Of a DNA stretch of 64,000 nt, positions 1 to 13,386 are shown piece by piece. The stretch is from contig NW_024704743.1 of the NCBI RefSeq assembly GCF_018977255.1, positions 84,632,001-84,696,000 of the forward strand. Reading direction: 5' to 3'. Under the pieces are notes generated by a model. The model did no database searches, was not told the DNA's origin, and saw only the letters and a list, made by a program, of their open reading frames with translations. Every line of letters starts with the position of its first letter. Position 1 is the first letter of the stretch. The stretch is from Callorhinchus milii. Its lineage: Eukaryota. The translations under genes and the position numbers were made by a program.

Positions 1-2504
1 CAGGGGTTTTAGTCCATTTTACTCATTGTTCTGAAGTCGAGAAATAGTATTACTGTAGTGACCAGGGTCCCCAGCTAAATCTCAGAGCTTATTCTATAGC
101 CAGCTAAATTCCAGCAAACCATCTTATGGTGTATATTCCCTCCCCACTTCTCCATTTCTTCCTTTCTGCAATCGTTGAATAATTGTCTAGAAACATTGGA
201 AAAATTAAATTTAATTCATTTCAGACAGGTCTCTGTTCATTGCAAAATGGAGTGGTGTGAGACTATCACATTCTTTTGATTTGTGAGTATGTTGAGCATG
301 TATATGTGCCTGTATGTTGATGCAGACATGTTGCCGGTATTCTTCTGTCCGCGTGTGTATGTACACATAGGTGTGTCTATGTGTTTGTGTGTAAATGTAT
401 GATTGTTATATTACATTTTGTAGCTTGAACAAGATTTTTTTAAAAAGTAGCTCAGACAAAAAAGTTTGTTTTGCTCAGTGTTTGAAGAGTAGGGAATTAC
501 AGTAGACAGGTTACAACTAAATACTGTACATTTAAAAACAATCACCATTTTGTTTGCTTTCACAACATTCATGCTAACGTTCTGCATCCTTAACATGTGT
601 CGGGTTATCTGTACAGATGCTTTCAGTGAACCTCTTTGGTCCAGCTAACTAATGTTGCTGGTGCAAGGGAGAAAATTCTTGGTAAGTTTTACCTTTTTTT
701 TAAAAGATGACTAAAGAAGATTGGTAAGGTTCATCCTCTAGAAAAAAACTTGTGTGTTTTAACATGAATTACATCGTTGTATCTACAATGATTGCGAGTT
801 TTAACATGAGTTACATCATCACCTTTTGGTCTGCCATTGATAAATGATAAAAAGTTAGCCAATGTTTTTTCATCAAGACAGTGCCCCTTTAACTGATTAA
901 ATAATTGCAAGTGACTGACTCCTATTTACAATACTAATGACATAAATCAGTCCACAAAACCCCTTCAATCAAGTTATCACAGGGCAGCCTGGTGCCACCA
1001 TGTGTTAGCACGCATTGACCATACACTAGGGGAACACTCAGAGCTGGCTCATGCAAACACTCAATTTTTAATCTATGTGGAAGCCAAGACACATCTACTC
1101 AGGGAGGGGCAAAGGTAAGATTAAAGGGCAAGTTACCCAATGACTTGTAGTTTGTTACAGCCTCAATGCTGTATAGTCTAGCAGCCTCTTCCACACCCAT
1201 GATCAATGTCAGCAAATGGTAAGTGACAAAGAAAAAAACAGATCTTTTAAAAAATGGCAGATTATTGTACACTCTAAATGATATGAACTGGTTACTCCAA
1301 ACAAGGGCGGCTCAAAAAATATCCCATACAAATAGCCAATAGCTCGCTTGGATTCAATCATCTCCCCCTTGGGGGAAGGTAAGCAGGGTGTCCTTGGAGC
1401 TGAACTGGCTCCAAGGTGACATGCCTAGTAACGGAATGTTGGAATCGAGCCGGCCCTCTGTGGTGGTCTTGGTAGTCCAGTTCCTGAGCCAGGTAGGACC
1501 GCAGTATTCCAGGGCACTGCTGCTGACAGCACAGCAGGTCTGGCTCATCTGCAGGACTTGGAAGAGCAGACCAGTCACAGGGGACAGGGAGTCATCCCAC
1601 TCAGCTCCTGCTAATCCTGCAAGCCAAAGCCCTAAATGGGTAGGGTGTTCCTAGCTGGACAAGCAGCAGGAAAGCTTGCCAGACAGCAATGTCAATGGCA
1701 AGCTAAATGTTTTAGCTGGTTAGACGCCAGCAGTACCCCAACTCACCTTCTGGGGTCCGCAAGCATTGGTTCTTGCCAACCTGTACCAATTACTTTCTGG
1801 AATTAGGTAAACAGGATTCATCACTGCAGGGAGAGAGTGCGCATTCCATTCCAACAATCTATGTCTGGAATTTGCATGTGTAGGTGGGCTGCATGGAAAT
1901 CTCAGTTTGGCTTGGACACTTGGTTTGGTATGGTGATGGGTTTCTACATCCATCAGATACCCGACTGACCAAAAAAAAATCCTCTGCAGCAGCAGTCTTG
2001 CTTCAGTCATTTTAATCTGTTCAGTGAGATCCAAGTGGCAAAAATGCACATCATCCAACACCAAATTTGAAAATATATTTCAGTCTTTTATATATCAAGC
2101 TACAAAGCTACATATTCATCCACCAGCTGCAATTCTCTGATGCAAATAATAGTGTTTGGGGGCTGAAACATAAGCTTGGACTTTCTTTCAGTATTGGGTT
2201 ATCAGGTTACTGCCTGTGGTAAATCCATCCATGCACTACTTTGTGTATTGTTCACTCTTGCCTGCAACTGCTCAATCAAAATATCTCAAGTCAGGCCAGA
2301 TTTTTGGGCTGAAAGTCTTCTCTGTCTGCTGGCTTTAATGGGTCCTACGTGAAATTGGTCTGGACACTCCCAGCCTTGGGCCAGAGGGTGTCAGCCCCAG
2401 CACTGAACTGCCTCTAATTCAGCACTAAATTGACCCAATCTCTCTCTCAAGGGCTCACAGGTAGCTAGTGTGAAAAATGGAAAATATCACAATGGTGCAG
2501 CAAG

Positions 2505-2822
2505 TAATAATAAAATAATCCTTGCATTTGATATAGCGCTTTTCACGTCAGGAGGACGTCCCAAAGCGCTTCACAGAACACACTGTAACATGAATTGACT
2601 GTATATTTGTGGGCGAACGCGGCAGCCAATTGCGCACAGCAATGTCCCACAAACAGTCGTAGATTGAAGATGACCAATTTATTATTGTTTTTGATTTTGG
2701 AGGGATTATTATGAGGCGTGTGGAGTAAGGAAACTTGCCCAAGGTTTCGCCCTACCTGGAATTGAACTCAGGTCTCTCGCTTGCAAAGCGAGTGCTCTAA
2801 CCACTGAGCTACAGGACTCCAC
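2505..2822 (-). mobile_element. tRNA(Ala)-derived SINE with CORE-like segment and L2-type tail
   Basis: Minus strand reads GTGGAGTCCTGTAGCTCAGTGGTTAGAGCACTCGCTTTGCAAGCGAGAGACCTGAGTTCAATTCC (A box, anticodon arm with TGC, B box), then CCTTGGGCAAGTTTCCTTACTCC, ending in GCGCTATATCAAATGCAAGGATTATT. Confidence 0.9.
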
Positions 2823-3104
2823 TTTGATGCTCTTTTGAGGTTAGGTGGATGGAACATTGTTGAAGGCAAGTAAGGGAGGCTTTGACTACATCTAACCATT
2901 AGATCTGACCTCGATGTATCCAATGCCAGAAATGAGGACATTCCAATTTACACCTCTCACATCTGTCATTTTAATAGCATCATTCCTCCAAACAAATCCA
3001 TGAATGTTACCTAAATATAGGTGTTAGAACTATGGTTACTGCTGATGGTAAGTGCAAAATTTTCCATTTAACCCACCAACATTGCTGTTTCAATATAAAT
3101 GAAC

Positions 3105-3245
3105 TACGATAGTGGATGAGGGCAGCATAGGATTGAGCCATACAAACCAAAAAGTCCCAAAAGTCATAGGTATGTCTTGGGCCCTTACTTGAGCCACTAC
3201 AATTGGCCTGAGAGCCCCTGGGATAGGGAGGGGAAAATAAACACA
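3105..3245 (+). mobile_element. LF-SINE-like 5' fragment (an L2-type tail follows at ~3345-3410)
   Basis: GAGCCATACAAACCA...CTACAATTGGCCTGAGAGCCCCTGGGATAGGGAGGGGAAAA matches the recalled LF-SINE consensus. Confidence 0.6.
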
Positions 3246-6139
3246 CTTCCCACATGAAACCCTGCAGAAACCCCTTCACGGGATTAGACCATTGGAGGGT
3301 AAAGCACAAACATGACTTAAGTCAAGATCTGTTGACAATAGTACTTGAACCATTTGAGACATCCTCCCAATGTAAAAGGTGCTATATAAATGTAAACTGT
3401 TTTTGTTTTTGTACTCTACTAATAGTGTGCATTCCATTCCAGACACAAAAATTTCTAACTGTAAAGGTGGCATACATGGAACGCTCAGTTTAGCTTGTTA
3501 AGCATGATAAGCATGATGATGGGTTTCCACATGTCAGATAACCAGCTGACCAAAATAAAAATTGAGAATGTTATTCTGATTCATAAACAAGAAGACGCTC
3601 TTTTATTTATTTTGAACATTTCGGTTGCCAGAGCTGCTGTCGGTGTCATGTGGTAAAATGTCTTTTTCCCTTTCTAAATAAATCATCGTGCCTCTCCTAT
3701 CTTGATCTTCTGTGGTTACTTGGATCAACACAACGTCATCCTAAATCATCATGAAGCTTACGTGTTTCAACTGGTTGTCTTTCCTAATTTCCTTTCACTA
3801 GGCTTCACAGTGTTAATTCATAATTTGCTGCCTTAATATTAGAATCTAATTTGTGGCACTACTTTATGGTATTCCTCCAAAAGGAATTTGAGTGACCAAT
3901 CAAGGATTTGTTCCGTGAAGTGGACATCTGTCGTGTGAAGCCTTCATTCCAATGCAATCCCACTAAGAAATAATGCAAATTAGACCTAGGTTTTCATGAC
4001 ATCATGTTATTTATGTGTTCTTGGTTTCAGTGCGTGAGTTCCATTTATGCCAACTCGTAGCAAAATACGTTTGTTTATAAAAATAAAAAAAGGGGTCATC
4101 TTTGATGTGGAAAGGAGGGGAATTTGTGGTATGTGATATGATCATTTATTAATATTGATAATTTGATATGAGGGTGACCCGTGATCATAGAAATTTTCAT
4201 CTGTGTCAGAGTTTCAGTCAATGTCTAGTTTTTAAAGTTGAGTTGATATGATATCCTGGAACATGGCAATGAAAGACCGTATTCTACAGAGAGGATTGCT
4301 CAGTGGCGCAATAGGGCAGTTTGGTCGAAGCATCGTGACAAAGTTTTTGCTGGGGGGAGAATTTTCATCAGGAAGAATTTTAACTTTTTTTTAAAAAGGG
4401 TCAGATTGAGCAAGGAACAAACCTGAAAAAAGACCATTATTTTCATATTACAGTAATTATTTTTATATTACAGTAGTTAAATAAAGACATTCATCAAATG
4501 ATTGTCACTATTTTTCTATTCAGTCTTTTGTCTTTGATCCAGATAACCAGTTATTATTTCATATTTTATTATTGTTATTATTTCTCTTCCAACAATTCTT
4601 CAGTTGGCTGTGTGTAAGGACTTCTATGTCCCCAACTATCTCCGTCATTGCTTTATGTTGGTGCTTTGACCAAACCATCCATCTTGTCACCCAGTTAAGT
4701 GGTAAGCCTTGTGCTATTGGAACAATTGCACACTCCACATCTGGTCAGGTCTCTTGCAAGGAAGAAGCTACAACAGGGAGCAGCAGGTGGTATTCTACAC
4801 TAAATACTATATATTTATTTACTGGCAATTGCAACAAAGAAACATTTACTGGAGACAGCTACAAATAAACAGAATTTGCGTGAAAAGGGTAACATTTCAT
4901 AAAAGATTTAATGTGATTATATTGAATTTATTATGAACTGTCAAAGGTATTTCAGCAACAACTTCCATTTATATAGTGTCCTGAACATCTTGGGGTACTT
5001 TACAATGACAGGGTCAGGCACTGTGTAAGGGAGAAGGGAGGGGGGAGGGGAGCAGAACATAGGTGTGATCGAAGACTGTAAAGTGGGATTCAAAGAAGGT
5101 AGAGAAAGGGTTGAGATGCATTTTGCCCCAATTAAACCACACATGCTAACTTTCAGCAGACGGGTAAGACCCACAGTCCCTTTCAACGAGCATGTTACTG
5201 TGTTCTTTCTTCTAGGATCTTCACAGAATCCTTTCTCCTTTCCTCCATCCGAAGACGATATAATTCTCTAAGGCTGCAGTACCCTGGTTGAAGATAATTC
5301 CATTCGAACCAGAGCAGAACTAAAGAACTTATGCCACAGTTCTCGGTTATAAACCTCCCAGATAGCTTTTGACACTTGGGTCCAGTTCTGCTTCCCATGA
5401 CATCAAAGACATTTACTGCTGTCAAGCCCACAGAGCAATTGCAATCCAGCCCGTCAATGTAATCTCTTGACACTATGTGAGCAAAATAAAATGTAAATCC
5501 TGAACACAAAGCAAGCTCCTCTATCTGAAGCAGGCATATTCGCTAAGGAAATATTGACACCTATTGGACTAATGAGTGTTTTTTGAACTAGACGTTTTGG
5601 GAGCATATTTCCTCTGGTCAGTGAAGTTATCAATCTTGGCATTGTGCATTGGTAAGAGATTTTCACATTTTTAGCAGGCGCCTGCAAAATCAGTATCTTT
5701 ACCGACCAATGGACATTTCCTTCCTATCCCATCCTCCTCCACCCAATTTGATTTCACTGAAAATAATTTTATAGTATTAAAGGCAGTATATTTTAGCTAT
5801 CACCTTTGAGTTCTAATCCTGCTCCACTTTCCCTCAACATCACACCCCCACTGCAGTGTATTTGTTGACCCTACAAAATGTTTGCAAAACCCTAACAGGA
5901 ATATCTATCATGTAAGATAGTCCAACATTATCATTGCATGGAATGCTCTGGTGTGTTCTGTGCTCTTTTTGTCCTCAAGGTACAGATTTTCTAATACAGA
6001 AAATGGATTTCATTGGAGTCAATTTGTTCCAAAAATTACACAGTAGGAAATATCACTGTACATTAAAATTATATATTGGTTACCCTTTAGTATGTGATAT
6101 AATATTATGTTAAAAGACACACCATTAAATACAATTTAC

Positions 6140-6370
6140 ATGGATTGTACAGCATGGAAACCGGCCACTCGGCCCAAATAGTCCATGCCAGTGTTTATAC
6201 TCCACATGAGTCTACACGCATTCCTTTACTCCCTCCATACCCTACTCCCTCATGTGTATATCTAACTTCCTCTAGCTTCAGTTACACTGTGAGTACACTT
6301 CAAGCGCTCTAAGACGCTACCCTGGTGAAGAGTGCTATATAAATGCAAGTTGTTGTTGTAGATGTTGTTG
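6140..6370. mobile_element. CR1-type 3' end (- strand, ~6140-6275) next to an L2-type tail (+ strand, ~6295-6370)
   Basis: TACAGCATGGAAACCGGCCACTCGGCCCAA...GTTTATACTCCAC; then AAGCGCTCTAAGACG...GCTATATAAATGCAAG(TTG)n. Confidence 0.55.
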
Positions 6371-7191
6371 AGTCTATTGAATGTGCGCCATCCCACATAA
6401 CATATTGATTGTATTGTAGGGAGGGTAGGAGAAAAGGGTGGGAATATACATGTAAAACAAGTACAAATCCAAATTTTTATTTGGGAGAGGAAATAAGTAG
6501 GTTCTCCCCTGAGTTTACTTAAAATTTTGAATTTGTAAGTTTAAGTGTGTAATTTAATACATCGGTTGTAGCAAAATCACTACACTGGTAAATCTCTCAC
6601 TGGTATTATGATCTATGATAGTTCCTTCAAGCATGTACATATTTTATTTCTCTCTGAATGGAATATCTAGAGGACCATGGATGACAAAGCAGTACACTAA
6701 GGAGTTCAGGTGACATCATAAACCAGGAGAGGAAAGAGCAAAGCCTGAGTGCTTTGTGTTAGTCAACTGAACTATGAGATTGGGTTTGCCTGAAATTCAC
6801 CAGGAAATATTTATTTCCTTTTATAATGTGTATACAATAAAGAGAGTGAATTTTCTATCCAGCTATTTTCTGAGTGTTGCTGTTTCAAAATGCAGCAACG
6901 TATTGAACCTGAATTTTGTAGCACCGGATCTGAATGACTATTGAATTTGTGAACTGGATCCTGAAGGTATATTGAATTTATGGCATAAGCCATATAGTAG
7001 TGTTTCCAGGGATTTTTCACACTGAATTACAGAAGAATTCGTTGTCTTATTTTGATTAAAATGTACAATATACAGTTTACAAGCATCTTTGTTTTTCTTC
7101 TCAAATTAGTTCTGCTTATTTTATTCCTTTCTGTTGATACCTAAACTTAATCCTCTTCCTCGGGAACACAATCAATCTCTTTTTCTCTCTC

Positions 7192-7223
<32 letters not shown>

Positions 7224-7334
7224 GCACATAAACACGCAGAGTACTGAGTGCAGGGTGGTAAAAAATAAAATAATACCAAATATTGGGAAACGGGATTGAA
7301 ATTAGATGACGTGACCATACTGTATCACTATGAA

Positions 7335-7522
7335 TTCCCCACCTCCGAAACATGCATCCTTCTCTCTGGACAGTTGAGACCCTCAGCTGTGAACTCATCA
7401 AGTCCAGGCTTGACTATTCATGTGCTCCATTCACCAGATTCCCCATTTCTTTCCTACACAGGCTGCAAACTATCCAGAACGCTGCAGCCCATGTCCTTTC
7501 CAGCATCAGGCTCCATGACCCA
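7335..7522 (+). mobile_element. L2 LINE ORF2 C-terminal fragment (degenerate)
   Basis: Translates as ...ETLSCELIKSRLDYSCAPFTRFPISFLHRLQTIQNAAAHVL..., matching the L2 SRLDY...LQxIQNAAAR motif. Confidence 0.8.
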
Positions 7523-7751
7523 ATAATAATACTTGTATTTGATATAGCACCTTTTCACGCCATTGAGACATCTCAACGGGGCCTCTGTTTAACGTCTTAT
7601 CCGAAGGACAGCACCTCAGATGACCCACCATCCTCCCAGTGCTGCATTGGAGTGTCTATGACTATATGAGTTCAAAGTCCCAACACGGGGCTTGAACCCG
7701 CAACCTTGTGATTCAGAGGTGAGAGTGCTACCAACTGAGCCAGACTGGCAC
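7522..7751 (-). mobile_element. Deu-domain SINE (SacSINE1/AmnSINE1-like), internally deleted
   Basis: GGGGCCTCTGTTTAACGTCTTATCCGAAGGACAGCACCTC, tRNA-like head CTTGAACCCGCAACC...GAGAGTGCTACCAACTGAGCC, and an L2-type tail. Family assigned from recalled consensus. Confidence 0.7.
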
Positions 7752-8420
7752 ACATACACAAGTGCATTGACTTGAAAACAGATTTACACTAGGAACCAAA
7801 TCATAGATAGATCCCAAAATACAATTTGAAGGGTAGCAGCATTGAAAATGTTAAGGCAGGGGCTAGAAGGGCAATGGTCCTATCTTTTTACTACTTTGGA
7901 GAGATTGAAACATCTCAAAGCAGAAGGGAAGTAAGTAGTCATATCTATGTTTACGTTGCCTGTTGGTGATCCTACCCCACAGTCACTTATAGGAAAGATA
8001 ACCTCCAAATATTAGATCACGTTCCAAAGTGTCTTTGCAGCGTAAATATAATGTAAATAACTTGCTTCAGTGGGATCACACTCCAGAGCATCATTAACTC
8101 ATTGTTATGCTGCAGTACTGCTACTGAAAGCTAAGTTCCTTCAGAGCTCCAATATAAATGGAGTATGAATGAGGTCCAGATGCTAGTTTTTTTAAAAAAG
8201 GAAAAAAGCTTCAATTATCATACTAAATTTATATGCATTTAGTTCATAACAGGAAACTAAATGCAGACAAAGAATTCTGAAATATTTGTATTTTGTTTTA
8301 TTTCAATAATTGCTGTGTATTTTAAAAATTACTTGAATAAGCATTGAGTGCAAATTTCATCATTGGAGGTACTGATTTGAGCATGTACTACCCAACATTG
8401 TTAAGCACATAAATAACATT

Positions 8421-8857
8421 ATAATAATATAATAATCTTGCATTTCAAGTACCTATAATATTGAAAAATCTCAAAGCACTTTACAATATCTTTAATAGTA
8501 ATTACAATTACAATTATAATTACTACTAAGTGTATTTGTAGGTGAACATGACAGCCACTTTACACACAGCAATATCCCACAAACAGAAGAAGGTCAACGC
8601 CAATTTATTATTTGGAGAACTGTTGGCCAGGACACCAAGGGAAACTCTTTTCATACAGTGTCATGGGCTCTTTAGCGACCACCTGAATAAACAGAACCTT
8701 AGTTTAAGATCTCATCTGAAGGACAGCAGCTCTGAAAATCTTCCAACACTGTACTGAATTGTCAGCCTAGACTGCAAATTTTGAGTCCCCAAATTGAGGC
8801 TTAAATCACAACCTTCAGATCTATGGGCAAAATTGGTACTAACTGAGACAAGTTGAA
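8421..8857 (-). mobile_element. Degenerate near-full-length Deu-domain SINE
   Basis: ACAGCAATATCCCACAAACAG, TTGGCCAGGACACCAAGGGAAACTC, GTTTAAGATCTCATCTGAAGGACAGCA and TGTCAGCCTAGA occur in the expected order. Confidence 0.7.
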
Positions 8858-9247
8858 GCATTAAAAATATTGTACAACTATTAACTCATCCACATCAACT
8901 ACATGTGTTAATTTACAGCTCTCGCTCTCTCACCCTCAGTAACCCTTTGAAGCCAAATCTCCTCCAACTCTCGATGACCCCATCGTTATTCACTGTTCAA
9001 TCAAAAACATTCAGATGAGCAACAAAAATGGATGGAACAAAATAACGATGACAACTGTAATTCTTTACAAATTTTTTTTACAAAAGTGTTCCAATAGTAA
9101 AACTGCCTCTTTGGTGTGTGAAAACTGTGATATTTAATATCTAGACATTTAACAAGATAGTGTATTTTAAGCATCCAACTGATGTTTGACCACTTTGACT
9201 TTAAATTAAAGATGGATTTTATATTCCTCAGGAATTTTTCACCACCA

Positions 9248-9628
9248 ATTCTCCCCTCTCATTAAAGCATGATTCCTTTCTGGAATTCTATTACAGTGGG
9301 CCAATTGCCATCTAATTCAATGGCCATTCTTCATGTGCAAATATAAACAGCGAGTGTCGGCAGTTTATTTAACAGTCAGGGATTTCATCAGTGAGCCTGA
9401 TCCTGTCCTCACCTGACACCTTATATTCACACCTTGAGCACGGTTTGCTAGCTCGGGATCAGGGTAACAATATCTGATATTCTCTTTCCTAAACCAGGAA
9501 CACTAAGCACGCCTACCTTCACCCTATCTGGGATCAATTAACTCGGCACAGGACAGGTTTCAAACCTGCAGCTTTCAGGTTCAGTGGGGCTTAGTGCTGT
9601 ACTGTAACATATTTTACCCACTAGGCCA
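9248..9628 (-). mobile_element. LF-SINE-like copy, near full length
   Basis: GGCCATTCTTCATGTG, GAGTGTCGGCAG, GAGCCTGATCCTGTCCTCACCTGAC and GATCAATTAACTCGGCACAG occur in the expected order. Confidence 0.75.
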
Positions 9629-9921
9629 ACAGTGAGCAAAGATGGATTTTTTGTTAAGATTATAACTGTTTGTTAGCAATAAGATTTTCCAGAAAATAAT
9701 AAGGGTGTGACTCCATCAAGGAGTAAATTTACCAACTAGTACATGTACAGTAATTGTATAATACAATTATATTGCATAATTATATTGTATAATTGTATAA
9801 TAATAAGATATAAGTGACTCAGAAAGTATTGAAATGTTTCACATATTGAAAATACAAATTTTATCCATTTACAAACTAAAGAAATTTATTTGGAGTGCAT
9901 GAGAGATAAAATCTCTGAAGA

Positions 9922-10040
9922 AATAATAATAATCCTCACTTTTGATATAGTGCCTTATCACATTGTCTAGATGTCTCAAAGCGTTTCACAGGATATATTG
10001 TAAAGTGGATTTAATGTGTATTTTGTGGGCAAAATTGCCA
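9922..10040 (-). mobile_element. Isolated ~115-nt L2/SINE 3' tail
   Basis: Homologous to the tail of the SINEs at 2505 and 12698; ends in (ATT)n. Confidence 0.8.
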
Positions 10041-10894
10041 CTAGCCATGTGTGTTAGCCCTAGCCTAATACCCTCAGTGTGGAAACATACTGGAGGAACA
10101 TACATGAGTAAAACAGTTTGTATAGATTTGAACAGGGCAGTCTGCACTATCTGCCCAAAGGTGCAGGCAATATTATACTATTACATTATTAAGAAGAGAC
10201 AATATTTCAGGCTTGTACACCATAGAACACTGCTGAACTGCACAGAGCATTTGGCTCCCATTTTACTAATTTCCTGGTCTCCTGACTTTAAAACAAAGTC
10301 TTAATGGAGATTATAGTAATAACTTCAAATTATCACAACACGAGTGAAAGAACAACTGAATAGTTATGAATGAGCTTATTCATTGTGAGTGGGGATTTAG
10401 AAACCAACGGAAGGGCAGAACTGTGGTAGTAAATTGGCTGAGGATTCTCTTTAGGTATTGAAATCTGATTTTAAGTGGGATGATCTTCTCTGCATCGTGC
10501 TCTTAAAATGGGTGTTTGTTGTGGGAATTTATCAAAATTAACTGAGACATAACAACAATGGATATTCAAGGAGAAGTAAACTCCTGTCTAGCTTAATTCC
10601 TGAGAACATGCCAAAATCCACAGAAGAAACACAACACACTAGAAGACGCTGGCTAATTATATGAATAATTGCTATGGTGGTTTCAAGAGGAATTGGGTCC
10701 AACTTTGACGAAAGAATGAGAGATTGTCATGCACATGTAGGGGTTTATTTCGTAAAAGAAAAATGTGTATGCTTTAAGGTCATACATAGGTCAACAATAT
10801 ATGTATTCTATTTCTAGCATTGTATATCAATCTAGTAAACAACAGGATTAATTACTAGATTTACTTCAAATTCACCAAAACACAGATTAACTTT

Positions 10895-11010
10895 GTTCAT
10901 TCATCTCATTGCTGCTTGTGATTTATTGCTGGTGAAGATTAGCTGTTGCATTTTCCCCAAATAATAAGTCACTACACTTCTTGATAACTCATTGTATGAG
11001 ATGCTCTCAC
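10895..11010 (+). mobile_element. Degenerate Deu-SINE 3' fragment
   Basis: TCATTCATCTCATTGCTGCTTGTG...GTCACTACACTTC resembles the 3' part of the Deu-SINE copies. Confidence 0.45.
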
Positions 11011-12697
11011 ATTTCAATAAAGCACTGTCTTAAACTGCTTTATCAAGTATTAATTATATTTATTTATGAAAGCATAAGAATAATTTTCCCATCTGAAACA
11101 CAAAGATTAGTTTTCTAATTATCATACAGTGGCATTTTATTCACTTGTTTTTAGCCAAACAAAATGTGTATGTGAAGTCCAACGTTAATTGATCATAAAA
11201 TGTACTAAACATAAGATAATGCAGGAATGGGAAAGTTCTTTAAATCTAATCATTTTTACTTTTATTGTGCACAAAAATTTGGCTTTGCCCACATCTCAGT
11301 GTTATGCGTTCATGTATTACAACATGGTCCTGGGTGAAGTGGTGGATGTTCGTCTTTGCTATAAAACATGTAGGGTAGTTTGAGGACATTTGTGTGACAA
11401 ACATGTGGTCAGTCACGTGAAAACACACCTCTGTTGTTGCGTTTTTATTGTTATTACTCTAACAGTGACATTTGACCTTTTTTAACTGCCTGTGTGTAGT
11501 GGAGTGTTCAGAGCTCACACCTGGTGTCTGTAATAAAGCACAGCATGCATGAATAATGAAGGAATGTTTGTGAAACTTCACTGAGTGGCAACTGCCTGTG
11601 ACAGGCTTTCTGCCACCACAAGCAGCACTTTCAATCGAAGCGCACACACATACAAAAGGAGGAAGGAACTTGTTAAATATCTGAAATGATTAATCAAATG
11701 CAAGCTCAAACATTTCTTTTGTTTTCAAACTATATAGGTAATATTTCAAATCAAGGTGTTACAATGATTCAATCAATTTACTACAAATGAACTTCCGCTG
11801 CACTCAACCAAAACTCAATCTAAAAAAGTATGCACTTTCTGATTATCAATTTTTGGCCAATTTCCAAAATTAATTTTACATTTAATTTCACAAGTGGAAT
11901 CATTGTATTCCCATTTATGATAAACTACAAATGCTGCTGAGCCAAAAGATGACATCCATGTTCAAGTATGAAAACTACACCCATGTGAAAGCTATTTGTA
12001 CAAATGAAAATTAATGGGAATGATCTAATGTGTCTAAATTTAGTATAGGAACAAAATAAAGGCTGTGATTATAAAAATGTCTGTGACAACAATATGGATA
12101 TTGTGATGATGCTAATAATAATATTGCAATTCAAATTCAGTTCAAATCAAAATTATAATAGAGTATAACACATTGTCATGTTATTAGGTTTAAGTGCTTC
12201 CATTTAAATTTTAACTTATAATTTCCATTATGAATGCTGGAAAACTGATTAGTTTTGGTCAGCACAATGTTCAGATGACTGCCTTTAAACCCGAGGATGA
12301 ACCTTGAGTGACAATTTATGTATTTGAATTTTAACCCATATATACTTTGCTGACAAAATTTCATTCAAAGAATATCTTTAATTTCTTTCAGGGGGAGTTT
12401 CATTCAAATATTATCTTTTTTTGATGGGGGAGATTTGCTGTCAAGTACAGGGGTTGCAAATGGTTTCTTGATAGATTTACTTTAATACTTTCAGCTTTCA
12501 GCTGTGGATCTTGTACGTTGTTAAGATTACTCCATACTTACGCAAAAAGGAACCTCAGAATTTAATCATATTTTCATCACTTCTAAATACTTTCAATTGA
12601 AAGTAATCTGCACTTCCAGAATAACAAGTAGTCTGATATCACAGGCAACAGGCAATTTCCAGATGATTGAAAAGTTACTTGACATTAAGCAACTCTG

Positions 12698-13077
12698 TAA
12701 TAATCCTTGCATTTTATATAGCGCCTTATCATGTCTTCGAGATGTCTCAAAGCGCTTCACAGAATATATTCTAAAGTGAATTGACTGTATTTTGTGGGAA
12801 AATCGTGGCAGCCAATTGCACACAGCAGTGTCCCACAAACAGTCGTGGATTGGGTGACCATTTTTAAAACAATTATTATTTATTTATTTTGAAGGGATTA
12901 TCACCCACGGAAAACCGATCCACCAATCGATTAACAAACGGATTCCTATTACTGGTAGATAAACAGAGGCATGTGGAGTAAGGAAACTTGCCTAACGTTT
13001 CACCCTGCCTGGGAATCGAATCCAACTCCTCTCACTTGCGAGGCGAGTGCTCTAACCACTAAGCTACAGGACTCCAC
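12698..13077 (-). mobile_element. Second copy of the same tRNA-derived SINE, with ~65 nt extra internal sequence
   Basis: Collinear with 2505-2822 at head and tail; extra segment at ~12901-12965. Confidence 0.9.
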
Positions 13078-13267
13078 CTCTATTTTTGTAACTTAACATT
13101 GCTGTTCAACCTTCAAAAAGAGAACTGAGAAATTTTACTGAATTTTTTTATTACCTAAATGGCATATAGATTTTAAAAGTCTGATGATTTGTGAAAGGGA
13201 ATAATCCTTTATTATCATGTAAATGTTATGTAAACAATTGAAAATTCATTCTCAATTCATTATTTTT

Positions 13268-13386
13268 ATAATAATAATAATCCTTGCCTTTGATATAGCG
13301 ATTTATCACATCTTCGTGACATCTCAAAGCGCTTCACGGAATATACTGTAAAGTGAATTGACTGTATATTTTATGGGTGAAATGTT
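13268..13386 (-). mobile_element. Isolated ~115-nt L2/SINE 3' tail
   Basis: Same tail sequence with an (ATT)n end. Confidence 0.85.

Noticed and set aside
1340..1660. GC-richer segment with short ORFs and a 9-bp hairpin (CCTTGGAGC/GCTCCAAGG)
   Set aside because: No recognisable protein or RNA family; probably a decayed repeat, and a hairpin this size is expected by chance.
2300..2470. Possible AmnSINE2-like relic
   Set aside because: Similarity to recalled consensus was too short to support a call.
2745..2822. tRNA-Ala(TGC) gene (also 13000-13077)
   Set aside because: Poor acceptor stem and continuous with a SINE body and tail; it is a SINE head.
4436..4475. 20-bp tandem duplication (similar small ones at ~15995-16040 and 36747-36777)
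   Set aside because: Ordinary slippage duplications.
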